Source of the DNA: SAR86 cluster bacterium SAR86B
GTDB taxonomy: Bacteria; Pseudomonadota; Gammaproteobacteria; Magnimaribacterales; D2472
Length of the DNA stretch: 64,000 nucleotides
Direction of reading: 5' to 3'
Assembly: GCA_905182885.1 (NCBI GenBank)
Contig: CAJJCW010000002.1
Span: 24,107-88,106 of the forward strand
Positions 50,499-60,674 of the stretch are shown piece after piece (within the stretch, counting starts at the first letter, position 1; each line of letters starts with the position of its first letter). The position numbers and the translations under genes are program-made. Under the pieces are notes generated by a model that saw only the letters and a program-made list of their open reading frames with translations, was not told where the DNA came from and did no database searches.

Positions 50499-52370
50499 TT
50501 AAAATACTGAATTGTCTAAATTTATTCTGGCATTATCAAAAAGATCTTCGTTAATAATAGTCGACATATTTTGAGTCACCCTTTGCTCGGCAATACTTTG
50601 ATATTGTTCTATTATTTCTGAAAGGTATTCACCGCTTGGTTGGGTTACTTTCAAAACGTCAATCATGAACGTATCACCATTGTTTGAATCCATTGACATA
50701 GCCTCACCTGAAGAATATTTGAATAGCTCAGAGAGTATCTCAGGAGGAAGTAGCGAAGAATTTCTTTTAACTTCTACGAAGTTATCTTTAACAATGTATG
50801 CATAAGCCGAAATCACTGAATCTAGACTGCCATCTAATTTGGCAGCATTAACCTCTTCAACAAGAAGTGTTTTCTTCTCGATAGCTTTCATGCTGGATAA
50901 ATAATCTGAAACATTACTTTTAACATCGTTAAAGTCAATTAGAGAAGATTCTTTAATATTATTAATTGAAAGAACAATGAAGCTATCTTCAAGCTCTATT
51001 GCATGGGTCGTATCAACTTCTGAGTCAGAGGAATATAAATACTCAGCAATCCTTCCATCGCTAACGTCAAATTTAAAATTATTTGCAGAAGAACTATCAC
51101 TGAATAGGATTTTTTGTGACAAGACGTCTCCAATTGATTCCATTGAGGAATTTGCAGAAATCATATCCTCTAGCTCAAGAAAATCATCATTCATTAATGC
51201 GCGAGATTCCGAATCAACTAAATCTGTAATAATTTTGCTCTTAAGTTCAGATAACGGCTGGATATCAGCTTCATTTATTTCTGTAACCTTAATTAAATGG
51301 AAAGAGTCATCAAGCTCAACAATAGAACTTATTCCACCAACTGCAATACCTTTAATTGCTTCACCAAATTCCACAGGAAAGACATCTGAAAAATATTCTA
51401 AGTCGCCACCAGTATCTCTTGAAACGATGTCGTCACTAAAAATAGATGCCAACTCACTAAAGCTTCTGCCGTTCTCAATCTTAGATTTTATATCATCAAC
51501 AACTTTATAAGCGTCTTCTGTAGATGGATGATTATTTTTGTCAATCATAATATGAGATATTCTTGTCTGAGATCTCTCGTTTGCTTTAAGTAGATACTCA
51601 GCATAGGCATCCTCAACAAAGCCCTCAGGAATTGAGACTCTATCTTTATAATTATCTGAAGTTAATACAATATAGCTAAATGATCTTTCCTCATCTGAAT
51701 AAAATAAACCTTCGTTACTTGAATAGTAATCATTAAGCTCTTCATCGCTGCTTGATATGCTTTCTTTTAATTGATCAAAATCAATTTTAATAAAATCTAC
51801 ATCAACTGATTGTTCTGATAGCTTTGCTAACTCAAGTGACTCTTCTTCAGTTGCAAAATTTATTGAAGAAATAGCAAATCTATAAATCTCAGTAGCAGTT
51901 AAGTTTGTCATCAATTCTATGTAGCTGTCTTTAGTTTGTCCATTGGAGTTAACTTGAGCTTCATATATTCCCTCGTCAAAAACCCCATCAATCTGAAAAG
52001 ATGGATTTTTAATAATGTTTTTCTTAGCAACTTTCTTGGAATTTTTATTAACCATTCCTAGATTTCTAGCTTTAGATAAAAGTACCTTTTGAACTATTAA
52101 TTCTTGTTTAATTTGAGCAATCTGCATGTCCTCATCAAGTAAAGCGAAATCAAAGTCTTCTCCGTAGAGATTTTTAAATCTCTCAACTGTGATATTCGAT
52201 GCAATCTGTAAATCTGTTTCTGATACGTCTTCGCCATTGATGGTTCCTAAGGAACCTCCAAAGGCCGTTGATAGTGATGATGTGCCAAGAAATACAAATG
52301 GTAATGCGCAACATGCGATTACTATAAATAGTCTAGGGCCCGTTAAAAAGTTTCTTAGTGATTCAAGCAT
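50499..52370 (-). CDS. ppiD: Periplasmic chaperone / peptidyl-prolyl isomerase PpiD
   Basis: 623 aa. N-terminal anchor MLESLRNFLTGPRLFIVIACCALPFVF, a parvulin-like middle region, and the conserved position downstream of hupB. Confidence 0.8.
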   Translation of the reverse strand: MLESLRNFLTGPRLFIVIACCALPFVFLGTSSLSTAFGGSLGTINGEDVSETDLQIASNITVERFKNLYGEDFDFALLDEDMQIAQIKQELIVQKVLLSKARNLGMVNKNSKKVAKKNIIKNPSFQIDGVFDEGIYEAQVNSNGQTKDSYIELMTNLTATEIYRFAISSINFATEEESLELAKLSEQSVDVDFIKIDFDQLKESISSSDEELNDYYSSNEGLFYSDEERSFSYIVLTSDNYKDRVSIPEGFVEDAYAEYLLKANERSQTRISHIMIDKNNHPSTEDAYKVVDDIKSKIENGRSFSELASIFSDDIVSRDTGGDLEYFSDVFPVEFGEAIKGIAVGGISSIVELDDSFHLIKVTEINEADIQPLSELKSKIITDLVDSESRALMNDDFLELEDMISANSSMESIGDVLSQKILFSDSSSANNFKFDVSDGRIAEYLYSSDSEVDTTHAIELEDSFIVLSINNIKESSLIDFNDVKSNVSDYLSSMKAIEKKTLLVEEVNAAKLDGSLDSVISAYAYIVKDNFVEVKRNSSLLPPEILSELFKYSSGEAMSMDSNNGDTFMIDVLKVTQPSGEYLSEIIEQYQSIAEQRVTQNMSTIINEDLFDNARINLDNSVF

Positions 52371-52389
52371 AGTATGTATATTATAGAAT

Positions 52390-52416
52390 AAAAAAAGGGT
52401 GCATATGCACCCTTTT
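52390..52416 (-). terminator. Rho-independent terminator after hupB
   Basis: AAAAAAA-GGGTGCATATGCACCC-TTTT, a perfect 16-nt palindrome. On the minus strand it is followed by T7. Confidence 0.65.
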
Positions 52417-52430
52417 AAAGTTTAAAAAAC

Positions 52431-52709
52431 TTAGCTGTTTTTAACCTTGTCTTTAAGGCCTTTACCGGCTTTAAATCCTGGTACTTTAGAAGCAGCAATG
52501 TGCATTGAAGCGCCTGTCTGAGGATTTCTACCCTCTCTAGCAGCTCTATGTCTTACATTGAAAGTTCCGAAGCCAACTAACGATACTGTTTCTTCTTTAC
52601 CTAAAGCATCACCGATACCGCCTAAAACAGCATCAACAGCTCTGCCTGCTGAGGCCTTAGAAATATCTGCATCACCTGCAACCGCATCAATCAAATCTGA
52701 TTTATTCAT
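52431..52709 (-). CDS. hupB: DNA-binding protein HU
   Basis: [12 protein letters not shown]...[25 protein letters not shown]...[12 protein letters not shown]. Start chosen at the ATG 9 nt downstream of AGAGGAG; the ORF-track start at 52718 is a GTG. Confidence 0.9.
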   Translation of the reverse strand: MNKSDLIDAVAGDADISKASAGRAVDAVLGGIGDALGKEETVSLVGFGTFNVRHRAAREGRNPQTGASMHIAASKVPGFKAGKGLKDKVKNS

Positions 52710-52796
52710 ATTAAACACTCCTCTGTGTAAATTTATTTATATAAATGAACTTATATAATGGCTTTTAGATAATAAAAGTCAAGTAAATAAAGGGTT

Positions 52797-55205
52797 TTAG
52801 TGAGTTTGTTTGTTTCCGCCTTTTGACGAATCACTAGACGAAGATTTATCTTTGGTCGTCTTGGCAATTTTTGATAACGGCGTTGGCTCCTCAATTAACG
52901 CAGAAGATACAACTTCGTCAATCCATTCAACAGGAATAATATTTAGGGATTCTGTAATCTGCTTAGGCATTTCTATTAAGTCAGGTTCATTATCCTTCGG
53001 AATAATAACATTTTTAATTCCGCCTCTTTTCGCTGCTAAGAGCTTTTCTTTTAGTCCGCCAATTTTCAATATTTGACCTCTAAGAGTTATCTCTCCAGTC
53101 ATAGCTGTATCAGCCCTAACGGGTATTCCGGTAAAAATTGATATAAGAGCAATAGCCATACCACCACCAGCACTAGGGCCGTCCTTAGGTGTTGCACCTT
53201 CAGGAACATGAATGTGGATATCGTGCTTTTCATAAAAATTTGATTTTATTCCCAGTGAGCTTGCTCTGGATCTAACAACAGTAAGAGCAGCCTGAATTGA
53301 TTCTTGCATAACGTCACCCAGAGAACCTGTTTTAATTATCCTACCCTTTCCATCTACATGTGAAGCTTCAATTGTTAGAAGCTCACCGCCAACTTCAGTC
53401 CATGCTAGACCTGTTACTTGGCCAATGGCATTATCTTTTTCAGCAATACCAAATTTGTATTTCTTTATGCCGGAGAATTTTTCTAGATTTTTATTCGTAA
53501 TTTTAGTTGGTGCAGATGTCGTTTTTTTATTTAGCAATCTATCTTTAACAACCTTGCGAAGTATTTTTGCTATTTGTCTTTCAAGACCCCTAACCCCAGC
53601 TTCTCTTGTGTAATATCTAATAAGGGAAAGAATTACTTCTTTATCAAAATTAATCTCGCCATCTTTCAAACCATTTCTTTCTATTTGTTTTGGTAAGAGA
53701 TATTTATTAGCAATGCTAGATTTTTCATCTTCTATGTAACCAGGAATTCTGATTATCTCCATTCTATCTAATAGAGGAGTGGGAATATTCAAGCTATTAG
53801 CAGTACATACAAACATTACCTCTGAAAGATCGTAGTCAACCTCTAGATAATGATCACTAAAAGAATTATTTTGCTCTGGATCTAAAACCTCAAGAAGTGC
53901 TGAAGCAGGATCGCCTCTGCTATCCATGCCCATTTTATCTATCTCATCTAATAGAAATAATGGATTTTTAACACCAACCTTAGAGAGTTTTTGAATTATT
54001 TTGCCTGGCATAGATCCGATATATGTTCTTCTATGCCCTCTAATTTCAGATTCATCTCTCACGCCACCAAGAGACATTCTTACAAACTTTCTATTTGTTG
54101 CTCTAGCTATGGATTCACCCAAGGATGTCTTACCGACACCAGGAGGGCCAACTAAACATATTACTGGGGCCTTCATTGATTTAACTCTTTTTTGAACTGC
54201 GAGATACTCAATAATTCTTTCTTTTACCTCTTCAAGTCCATGGTGGTCTTCTTCCAAGATATCAAGGGATGATTGAATATCTGAGTTAATCTTAGATTTT
54301 TTCTTCCATGGAACTTCTATCATGCAATCAAGATATGACCTAACAACAGATGCTTCTGCTGATGATGGAGACATATGCTTAAATTTAGATAATTCACTTT
54401 TGGCTTTCTTAAGAGCATCTTTAGGCATTCCTACTGATTCAATTTTTTCTTCAAGAATATCTAATTCATCTCCCTCGTCACCTATCTCACCTAATTCTTT
54501 TTGAGCTGCTTTAATTTGCTCATTTAAGTAATATTCTCTTTGAGATTTTTCCATTTGTTTTTTAACACGTTCTCTTATCTTTTTTTCAACATCAACAACA
54601 TCAAGCTGTGATTCTATAAAGGTGAGTAATTTCTCAGCCCTTATCTTAAGATCAGCAATTTCTAAAACTTGCTGCTTCTTGGAAGCATCGATTGGAAGAT
54701 GACTTGATATAGAATCAATTAACCTAGAAAGATCATCGAGAGAATCAACTGTTGAAACAATTTCGGGAGGTATTCTTTTAGTAATACTGATGTAATCTTC
54801 AAATTTTGCCTTTATAAATCTTACTAAATTTGAAGCATCGGCCTCCTTTAGAGGTATGTCATCAATAGTTGTAACACGGGCAACTGAGTAATCATCCTTA
54901 TCTATAACTTTTTCGATAGAACATCGCTTGTAGCCTTCCACTAGAACCTTCATGGTTCCGTCAGGTAATTTAATTAATTGAAGTAAGTTACTTATAGAGG
55001 CTGCCTTATGCATATCAGCAAATAATGGATCCTCAACAACTGGGTCAATCTGACTTACAAGAACAAGCTTTTTGTTGGATGACATGGCCGCATTTAGGGC
55101 TTGCACAGACTTAGGTCTGCCAACAAATAAGGTAGTTACAATTCCAGGAAAGACAACAACGTCTCTGAGGGGAATTAAGGGTAGATCTGATTTAATTTCT
55201 TTCAT
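52797..55205 (-). CDS. lon: ATP-dependent Lon protease
   Basis: N-domain LPLIPLRDVVVFPG, Walker A GPPGVGKTS, and the protease serine motif PKDGPSAGG. Confidence 0.95.
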   Translation of the reverse strand: MKEIKSDLPLIPLRDVVVFPGIVTTLFVGRPKSVQALNAAMSSNKKLVLVSQIDPVVEDPLFADMHKAASISNLLQLIKLPDGTMKVLVEGYKRCSIEKVIDKDDYSVARVTTIDDIPLKEADASNLVRFIKAKFEDYISITKRIPPEIVSTVDSLDDLSRLIDSISSHLPIDASKKQQVLEIADLKIRAEKLLTFIESQLDVVDVEKKIRERVKKQMEKSQREYYLNEQIKAAQKELGEIGDEGDELDILEEKIESVGMPKDALKKAKSELSKFKHMSPSSAEASVVRSYLDCMIEVPWKKKSKINSDIQSSLDILEEDHHGLEEVKERIIEYLAVQKRVKSMKAPVICLVGPPGVGKTSLGESIARATNRKFVRMSLGGVRDESEIRGHRRTYIGSMPGKIIQKLSKVGVKNPLFLLDEIDKMGMDSRGDPASALLEVLDPEQNNSFSDHYLEVDYDLSEVMFVCTANSLNIPTPLLDRMEIIRIPGYIEDEKSSIANKYLLPKQIERNGLKDGEINFDKEVILSLIRYYTREAGVRGLERQIAKILRKVVKDRLLNKKTTSAPTKITNKNLEKFSGIKKYKFGIAEKDNAIGQVTGLAWTEVGGELLTIEASHVDGKGRIIKTGSLGDVMQESIQAALTVVRSRASSLGIKSNFYEKHDIHIHVPEGATPKDGPSAGGGMAIALISIFTGIPVRADTAMTGEITLRGQILKIGGLKEKLLAAKRGGIKNVIIPKDNEPDLIEMPKQITESLNIIPVEWIDEVVSSALIEEPTPLSKIAKTTKDKSSSSDSSKGGNKQTH

Positions 55206-55235
55206 AACTCCAATATAGGGATTGTTATGAAAATA

Positions 55236-56495
55236 TCAATTGGCAGATGATGATTTTTTAGTAGTTGTTTTAAGAAGCCTTATAGGTTCTGATTTAGACA
55301 TGACTGTATTCTCATCAATAATGACTTTCTCCAAGTCACTATTTGGAAGACCAAACATTGTTTCCATCAATAATTCTTCCATGATTGAACGCAAGCCCCT
55401 GGCTCCTGTCTTCCTTTTTATAGCCTGCTTGGCTATTTCGACCAAGGCCTCGTCTCTAAATATTAACTCAACATCATCAATCTCAAAAAGATGTTTATAT
55501 TGATTTACCAAGGCATTTTTAGGCTCTTTAAGTATTCTAACTAACGCATGCTCATCTAGCTCATGAAGACTTGATATAACAGGAAGTCGGCCAACAAATT
55601 CTGGAATTAACCCGTATTTAACTAAATCATCTGGTTCTAAGTCATCTACATTACTAGTAATAGGTAAGACATTTGATTTTGAGCTGACTTCAGCTCCAAA
55701 ACCTATCCCAATATTACTATTTCTTAAACTAATAACTTTGTCTAGGCCTGAAAATGCTCCACCGCATATAAAAAGAATATTTGAGGTATCGACCTGGATA
55801 AACTCTTGCTGTGGATGCTTTCTTCCACCTTGAGGCGGTATAGAGGCTACTGTTCCTTCAATCAATTTTAATAATGCCTGTTGGACACCCTCACCTGAAA
55901 CATCTCTTGTAATGGATGGGTTGTCAGACTTTCTGGCAATCTTATCAATCTCATCGATATAGACAATTCCTAGCTGAGCTCTTTCCGGATCATAGTCAGA
56001 TTTCTGTAATAATTTTTGAATAATATTCTCAACATCTTCTCCCACATAGCCAGCTTCAGTTAAAGTTGTTGCATCTGCTATGGCAAAGGGAACGTTTAAT
56101 ATTTTAGCTAAAGTTTGGGCCAGTAAAGTTTTACCGCTACCAGTAGGGCCTAAAAGTAATACATTACTTTTTTGAAGCTCAACGGCATCTTTGGAAGTAT
56201 TCTTTTTTAATCTCTTGTAATGATTATAAACAGCAACTGACAAAACTTTTTTTGCTTTTTCCTGACCAATTACATACTCATCAAGCTTATTGAATATTTC
56301 TAAAGGGGATGGAAGTTCTTCCAGAGAATTATCATCTTCGCTGCTCTTAATTTCCTCTTCTATGATGTCGTTACAAAGATCAACACATTCATTGCAAATA
56401 TAGACACTAGGGCCGGCGATTAATTTTTTAACCTCATCCTGGACCTTTCCACAAAAAGAGCAATTTAATTTATCTGAAGAAGTTTCACTTGCCAT
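55236..56495 (-). CDS. clpX: ATP-dependent Clp protease ATP-binding subunit ClpX
   Basis: Zinc-binding N-domain CSFCGK...ICNECVDLC, Walker A GPTGSGKT, and IGF-loop region GIGFGA. Start set at MASETSSDK, overlapping the clpP stop by 11 nt. Confidence 0.95.
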   Translation of the reverse strand: MASETSSDKLNCSFCGKVQDEVKKLIAGPSVYICNECVDLCNDIIEEEIKSSEDDNSLEELPSPLEIFNKLDEYVIGQEKAKKVLSVAVYNHYKRLKKNTSKDAVELQKSNVLLLGPTGSGKTLLAQTLAKILNVPFAIADATTLTEAGYVGEDVENIIQKLLQKSDYDPERAQLGIVYIDEIDKIARKSDNPSITRDVSGEGVQQALLKLIEGTVASIPPQGGRKHPQQEFIQVDTSNILFICGGAFSGLDKVISLRNSNIGIGFGAEVSSKSNVLPITSNVDDLEPDDLVKYGLIPEFVGRLPVISSLHELDEHALVRILKEPKNALVNQYKHLFEIDDVELIFRDEALVEIAKQAIKRKTGARGLRSIMEELLMETMFGLPNSDLEKVIIDENTVMSKSEPIRLLKTTTKKSSSAN

Positions 56496-57100
56496 TAATT
56501 GGACCTCTTTCATTAAGTATTTTATCAACTATTCCATAAGATTTAGCAGAAGTAGCATCTAAGAAATTATCTCTATCAGTATCTTTTTCTATTTTCTTAA
56601 TTGTTTGGCCTGTATGTTTTGCAAGGATCTCATTGACAACTTTTTTCATATGAAGAATTTCTTTTGCATGAATTTCAAAATCAGAAGCTTGACCCTGAAA
56701 ACCTCCTAGAGGCTGATGTATCATAATTCTAGAATTTGGTAGAGCAAATCGCTTACCCTTGTCTCCACCAGCTAATAGAATTGCTCCCATACTAGCTGCT
56801 TGACCGATACATAATGTTGAAATGGATGCAGATATGAATTGCATAGTGTCGTATATAGCAAGACCAGCTGAAATACTTCCGCCGGGTGAATTAATATAAA
56901 TTGATATATCTTTTTCTGGATTCTCTGACTCAAGGAATAAGAGCTGAGCAACTACAAGGTTAGACATATAATCATCAACTTGGACCAGTTAGAAATATAA
57001 CTCTTTCCTTAAGAAGTCTTGAGTAAATATCAAAAGATCTCTCCCCTCTTGGAGTCTGCTCTATTACCATCGGAACTAATGCTGATTGTATGTCGTTCAT
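56485..57100 (-). pseudogene. clpP: ATP-dependent Clp protease proteolytic subunit ClpP, with an apparent 1-nt insertion near 56975-56983
   Basis: From the ATG at 57100: [40 protein letters not shown], then AGT TGA. The next frame continues [34 protein letters not shown]...GQAASMG... The observed GGT CCA AGT TGA compares with the expected GGT CCA GTT GAT. Confidence 0.9.
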
Positions 57101-57106
57101 ATCTAC

Positions 57107-58402
57107 CTATTTATTTGAAAGTTCGGAAAATTTAATTACCTTACCTTTAGATTTAAGGGCATTTTCTAATTTTTCAACTAGCTGCTCTTCTAATACTATC
57201 ATTTTAAATTGATCTAGTTGCTGAGGTTGATTTTCAACCCACTGTTTGAATTGCTCAGAGTCTTTATATTTAGTCGATTCTCTCTCAATATAAGCATCTA
57301 CATTTTCTTTAGTTACAGTTATCTCAAAATGCTTAATTAGTTCTGAAAAAAGCAGATCGAGCTTTACTCTTTTAGCAGCATTTTCCATAAATGAATCTAT
57401 TGGAAATAAGTCATCTCCAGCATTTTCTTCAGTATGCCCAATTCTCATTAAAGCATCTTTACGCATTAGGTCGGCTTGCTCGTTAACAGTGACCTTCGGT
57501 ACTGAGATTTTATTTGTTTTTAAAAGAGTTTCATAAATAGATTCTTTAGTAAGGTCTTTTTCCTGCAAAGCCACCTCTTTCTTCATTCTATTAGTAATCT
57601 CTTCTTTAAAAGCTGCTTCATCCTTCACATCCATTTCAAGCTTTTTAAATAATTCTTCGTCTACTTTTGCAGCGCTTAGCTCCTGAACAGTCTTTAAGTT
57701 AATCTTGAATTCAGCTTCAATACCGGCAAGATCTTTCTTAAAATAATCGTCTGGAAAGGTGGATTTAATTGAGAATTCAGATGGTTCTTTTCCAATAATA
57801 GAATCTTCAAATCCAGGAATCATAGAATTACTTCCAAGAACTAATTTAAAATCTATAGCTGAATTTCCTTCAAACTCTTCCCCATTAATAGTTCCTGTAA
57901 AATCTAAAATAACCTGATCATCTTTTTGTGATTTTCTACTTACGTCTTCCCAATCACCATATCTTTTAACAATATCTTTGATAGCTAAGTCTATGTCATC
58001 TTCTTCAATTGAGATCGTAACCTCTTCATAGCTAGTCCATCTACTTAGCTTAGGTGTTATGTCTGGAAAAACTTCAAAAGTTGCAGAGTAAGAGATCGGC
58101 TTAGTAGGATCTTCACTCTCTAGATCAACAGTTGGAGGTGATGCAGGTCTTAAATTATTTTCAGCCAATGCTGGAGGATATGAGTTTTGAATTAATTCAT
58201 TAACAACATCTCCATGAATCGACGCTCCATATCTTTGCTTTAAGACATCAGTTGGAACTTTACCTTTTCTAAAACCGTCAAGTTTAGCCTCTCCTCTTAT
58301 TTTATTAATCTTGGATTCAAATTTTGAATTGTACTCATCTACTGGAATTGAAACTGTTAATTTCCTTTCCAAATCCTTGAGTTTTTTTAACTTACTAGTC
58401 AT
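57107..58402 (-). CDS. tig: Trigger factor
   Basis: 431 aa with an N-terminal ribosome-binding GFRKGKVP motif and an FKBP-type middle domain. It sits upstream of clpP. Confidence 0.9.
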   Translation of the reverse strand: MTSKLKKLKDLERKLTVSIPVDEYNSKFESKINKIRGEAKLDGFRKGKVPTDVLKQRYGASIHGDVVNELIQNSYPPALAENNLRPASPPTVDLESEDPTKPISYSATFEVFPDITPKLSRWTSYEEVTISIEEDDIDLAIKDIVKRYGDWEDVSRKSQKDDQVILDFTGTINGEEFEGNSAIDFKLVLGSNSMIPGFEDSIIGKEPSEFSIKSTFPDDYFKKDLAGIEAEFKINLKTVQELSAAKVDEELFKKLEMDVKDEAAFKEEITNRMKKEVALQEKDLTKESIYETLLKTNKISVPKVTVNEQADLMRKDALMRIGHTEENAGDDLFPIDSFMENAAKRVKLDLLFSELIKHFEITVTKENVDAYIERESTKYKDSEQFKQWVENQPQQLDQFKMIVLEEQLVEKLENALKSKGKVIKFSELSNK

Positions 58403-58421
58403 ATGATTTACCTAATTTAAA

Positions 58422-58499
58422 TGGGGCGAGCGATGGGGTTCGAACCCACGGCCTCCGGAGCCACAATCCAGCGCTCTAACCAACTGAGCTACGCCCGCC
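58422..58499 (-). tRNA. tRNA-His (anticodon GTG) with an encoded G-1
   Basis: The reverse complement G-GCGGGCGTAGCTCAGTTGGTTAGAGCGCTGGATTGTGGCTCCGGAGGCCGTGGGTTCGAACCCCATCGCTCGCCCCA folds as a cloverleaf. The anticodon loop is TTGTGGC, and the extra 5' G pairs with C73. Confidence 0.9.
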
Positions 58500-58630
58500 A
58501 CGAAACGCCACATTATAGATTAAAAATTACTATTATTAATTTTTTATTAAGCTAATATTATGATTAAAGCTCTCAATGCTATTTATTCAATAGTTTTAGG
58601 GTCAAAGTATTTATATAACAGGGGGTTATT

Positions 58631-60031
58631 ATGGATAATTTTTTAGAAGACACTACTCGGTTTGTTAACCAAGCTATAAAGTTTGTCCCTATTTCAAAAG
58701 GGCTTGCGAATAAAATTACCACCTGTAACTCAACATATACAGTGAGATTTGGCGTTAGGCTTCGAGGTGATATACATACATTTGAAGGCTGGCGATCAGT
58801 TCATTCGGAACATATGGAACCAACCAAAGGTGGCATAAGGTTTGATATGGCAACTCATGCAGATGAAGTCGAAGCCCTTGCTGCATTAATGTCCTATAAG
58901 AATGCGATTATTAATGTGCCATTTGGAGGGTCAAAAGGGGGTCTTAAAATTAACCCTCATGAATGGGAAGAGTTTGAAATTGAAAAAATAACTAGAAGGT
59001 TTGCCCAAGAACTAATTAAAAGAGATCTAATAAGTCCTTCTCAAAACGTACCAGCACCTGATATTGGAACTTCATCTAGAGAAATGGCATGGATTGCAGA
59101 TGAATATAGAAAACTTAAATCAACTGATATAAATGCTGCGGCATGCGTAACAGGGAAACCAATAAATAAAAATGGATTACCTGGAAGAGAAGAGGCAACA
59201 GGAAGAGGAATTCAATTTATCGCTAGAGAGTTTTATAAAAATACAGACCTTCTTGAGAAATTTGGACTTTCTAAAAATTTAGAAAACAAAACTTTAATTG
59301 TTCAGGGCTTAGGGAATGTTGGCTACCATGCATCTAAATTCTTAACTGAAGATGAAAATGTTAAATTGATTGGCATCGCCGAGTATAACGGCGGTATTTA
59401 TAACGAGAATGGCATAAACGTAGAACACGCAAAAAAATTCTTTACCAAAAATAAATCTTTTGAGAACTATACCAAGGCCAAGTTTATAAAAGATGGCGCT
59501 CTTTTATTTAAAAAAGAATGTGACATATTAATACCAGCGGCTAGAGAAAATGTTATTACAGAAAAAAATGCTGGCTCAGTGAAAGCTAAGCTTATCATTG
59601 AGGCAGCTAATGGCCCTATCAGCTATGCAGCAAATAAGATTCTTAATAAAATGAATGTATTTGTCATACCAGATATTCTTGCTAATTCAGGGGGAGTTGC
59701 TGTGAGTTATTTTGAGTGGGTAAAAAATATAAGACACATAAGATTTGGCAGACTTGAGAAGAGAGAAAATGCTCTAAGGTACACAACCCTAATCGAAGCG
59801 ATTGAGTCTATGACAGGAAAATCAATGCCAGAGAAATATAAAAGAAATTTTATTGACGGGATTGAAGAAATTGATCTTATTAGATCAGGACTTGATGACA
59901 TGATGATTGACGGATTCCAAGAAGTAAAAAAGGCTTATATACAAAATAATAAGATACCTGATTTCAGAACAGCAGCTTACAAAGTAGCTATTGAGAAGAT
60001 TGCCTTGTCATATGACTTTATAGGTCTATAG
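58631..60031 (+). CDS. Glu/Leu/Phe/Val-family amino acid dehydrogenase (glutamate dehydrogenase-like)
   Basis: KGGIRF and PFGGSKGG (catalytic Lys region), plus the Rossmann motif VQGLGNVG. Confidence 0.85.
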   Translation: MDNFLEDTTRFVNQAIKFVPISKGLANKITTCNSTYTVRFGVRLRGDIHTFEGWRSVHSEHMEPTKGGIRFDMATHADEVEALAALMSYKNAIINVPFGGSKGGLKINPHEWEEFEIEKITRRFAQELIKRDLISPSQNVPAPDIGTSSREMAWIADEYRKLKSTDINAAACVTGKPINKNGLPGREEATGRGIQFIAREFYKNTDLLEKFGLSKNLENKTLIVQGLGNVGYHASKFLTEDENVKLIGIAEYNGGIYNENGINVEHAKKFFTKNKSFENYTKAKFIKDGALLFKKECDILIPAARENVITEKNAGSVKAKLIIEAANGPISYAANKILNKMNVFVIPDILANSGGVAVSYFEWVKNIRHIRFGRLEKRENALRYTTLIEAIESMTGKSMPEKYKRNFIDGIEEIDLIRSGLDDMMIDGFQEVKKAYIQNNKIPDFRTAAYKVAIEKIALSYDFIGL

Positions 60032-60665
60032 GAAAATACAAGGGATCATCTAGCTCTTTCCATGGCTCATATGTAGTCATTATGTTTTTCAAAAGATCAC
60101 TTTCTAAAAAGGTATTTAACCAGTATTTAATATTTTTAATATCCTCTTGGCCATCAAACCATTCGCCGTTAGCTAATCTAAACTGCCTTATAAATGGAAG
60201 GATGGAGATATCAAGCTTGTTTACATCATCTCCAAAAAACCAAGCTGGCCCAACAAATAATTTATCAAGTTCTTTTAATATCTTTAAACAGGATTCTCTG
60301 TGAATTTTTTCATCTACGTCATGGTATCTAGTTGAATACTTATACCTATCAAGGTTGAATTTAAAATCTCCATCGAACAATTTTATAGTTTTATCAGTAA
60401 ATATTTCTTGATGGTCTACCAAGTTAGCATCGAATACATTGTTTTGTTCCAAGGCCCAATCGATAACATCAAGACTTTCATCAATAACTTTACCATTATC
60501 TAAAAGTAAAACTGGAACAGTGCCTTTGGGGGAGATATCGAGCATTGAAGATGGTTTATTCTTTAAACTTACCTCTCTTAATTCGCATTGAATATCTGTT
60601 AAGCACAGTCCCATTCTTGCTCTCATTGCGTAGGGACATCTTTTGAATGAATACAAGATATGCAT
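60018..60665 (-). CDS. Glutathione S-transferase-family protein
   Basis: The thioredoxin-like N-domain (LYSFKRCPYAMRARMGL...GTVPVLLL...ESLDVIDW) is followed by a helical C-domain. Confidence 0.65.
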   Translation of the reverse strand: MHILYSFKRCPYAMRARMGLCLTDIQCELREVSLKNKPSSMLDISPKGTVPVLLLDNGKVIDESLDVIDWALEQNNVFDANLVDHQEIFTDKTIKLFDGDFKFNLDRYKYSTRYHDVDEKIHRESCLKILKELDKLFVGPAWFFGDDVNKLDISILPFIRQFRLANGEWFDGQEDIKNIKYWLNTFLESDLLKNIMTTYEPWKELDDPLYFPIDL

Positions 60666-60674
60666 AATTATGAA

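Noticed and set aside
50977-51510. A 177-aa ORF on the plus strand, surprisingly long for AT-rich DNA. Similar antisense ORFs occur at 37344..37763, 7857..8300 and 12048..12413.
   Set aside because: All lie fully inside, and antisense to, well-supported genes (ppiD, the DASS symporter, the MacA-like adaptor, exbB). Their translations are low-complexity and Ser/Ile/Leu-rich, mirroring the sense-strand codon usage. They are shadow ORFs.
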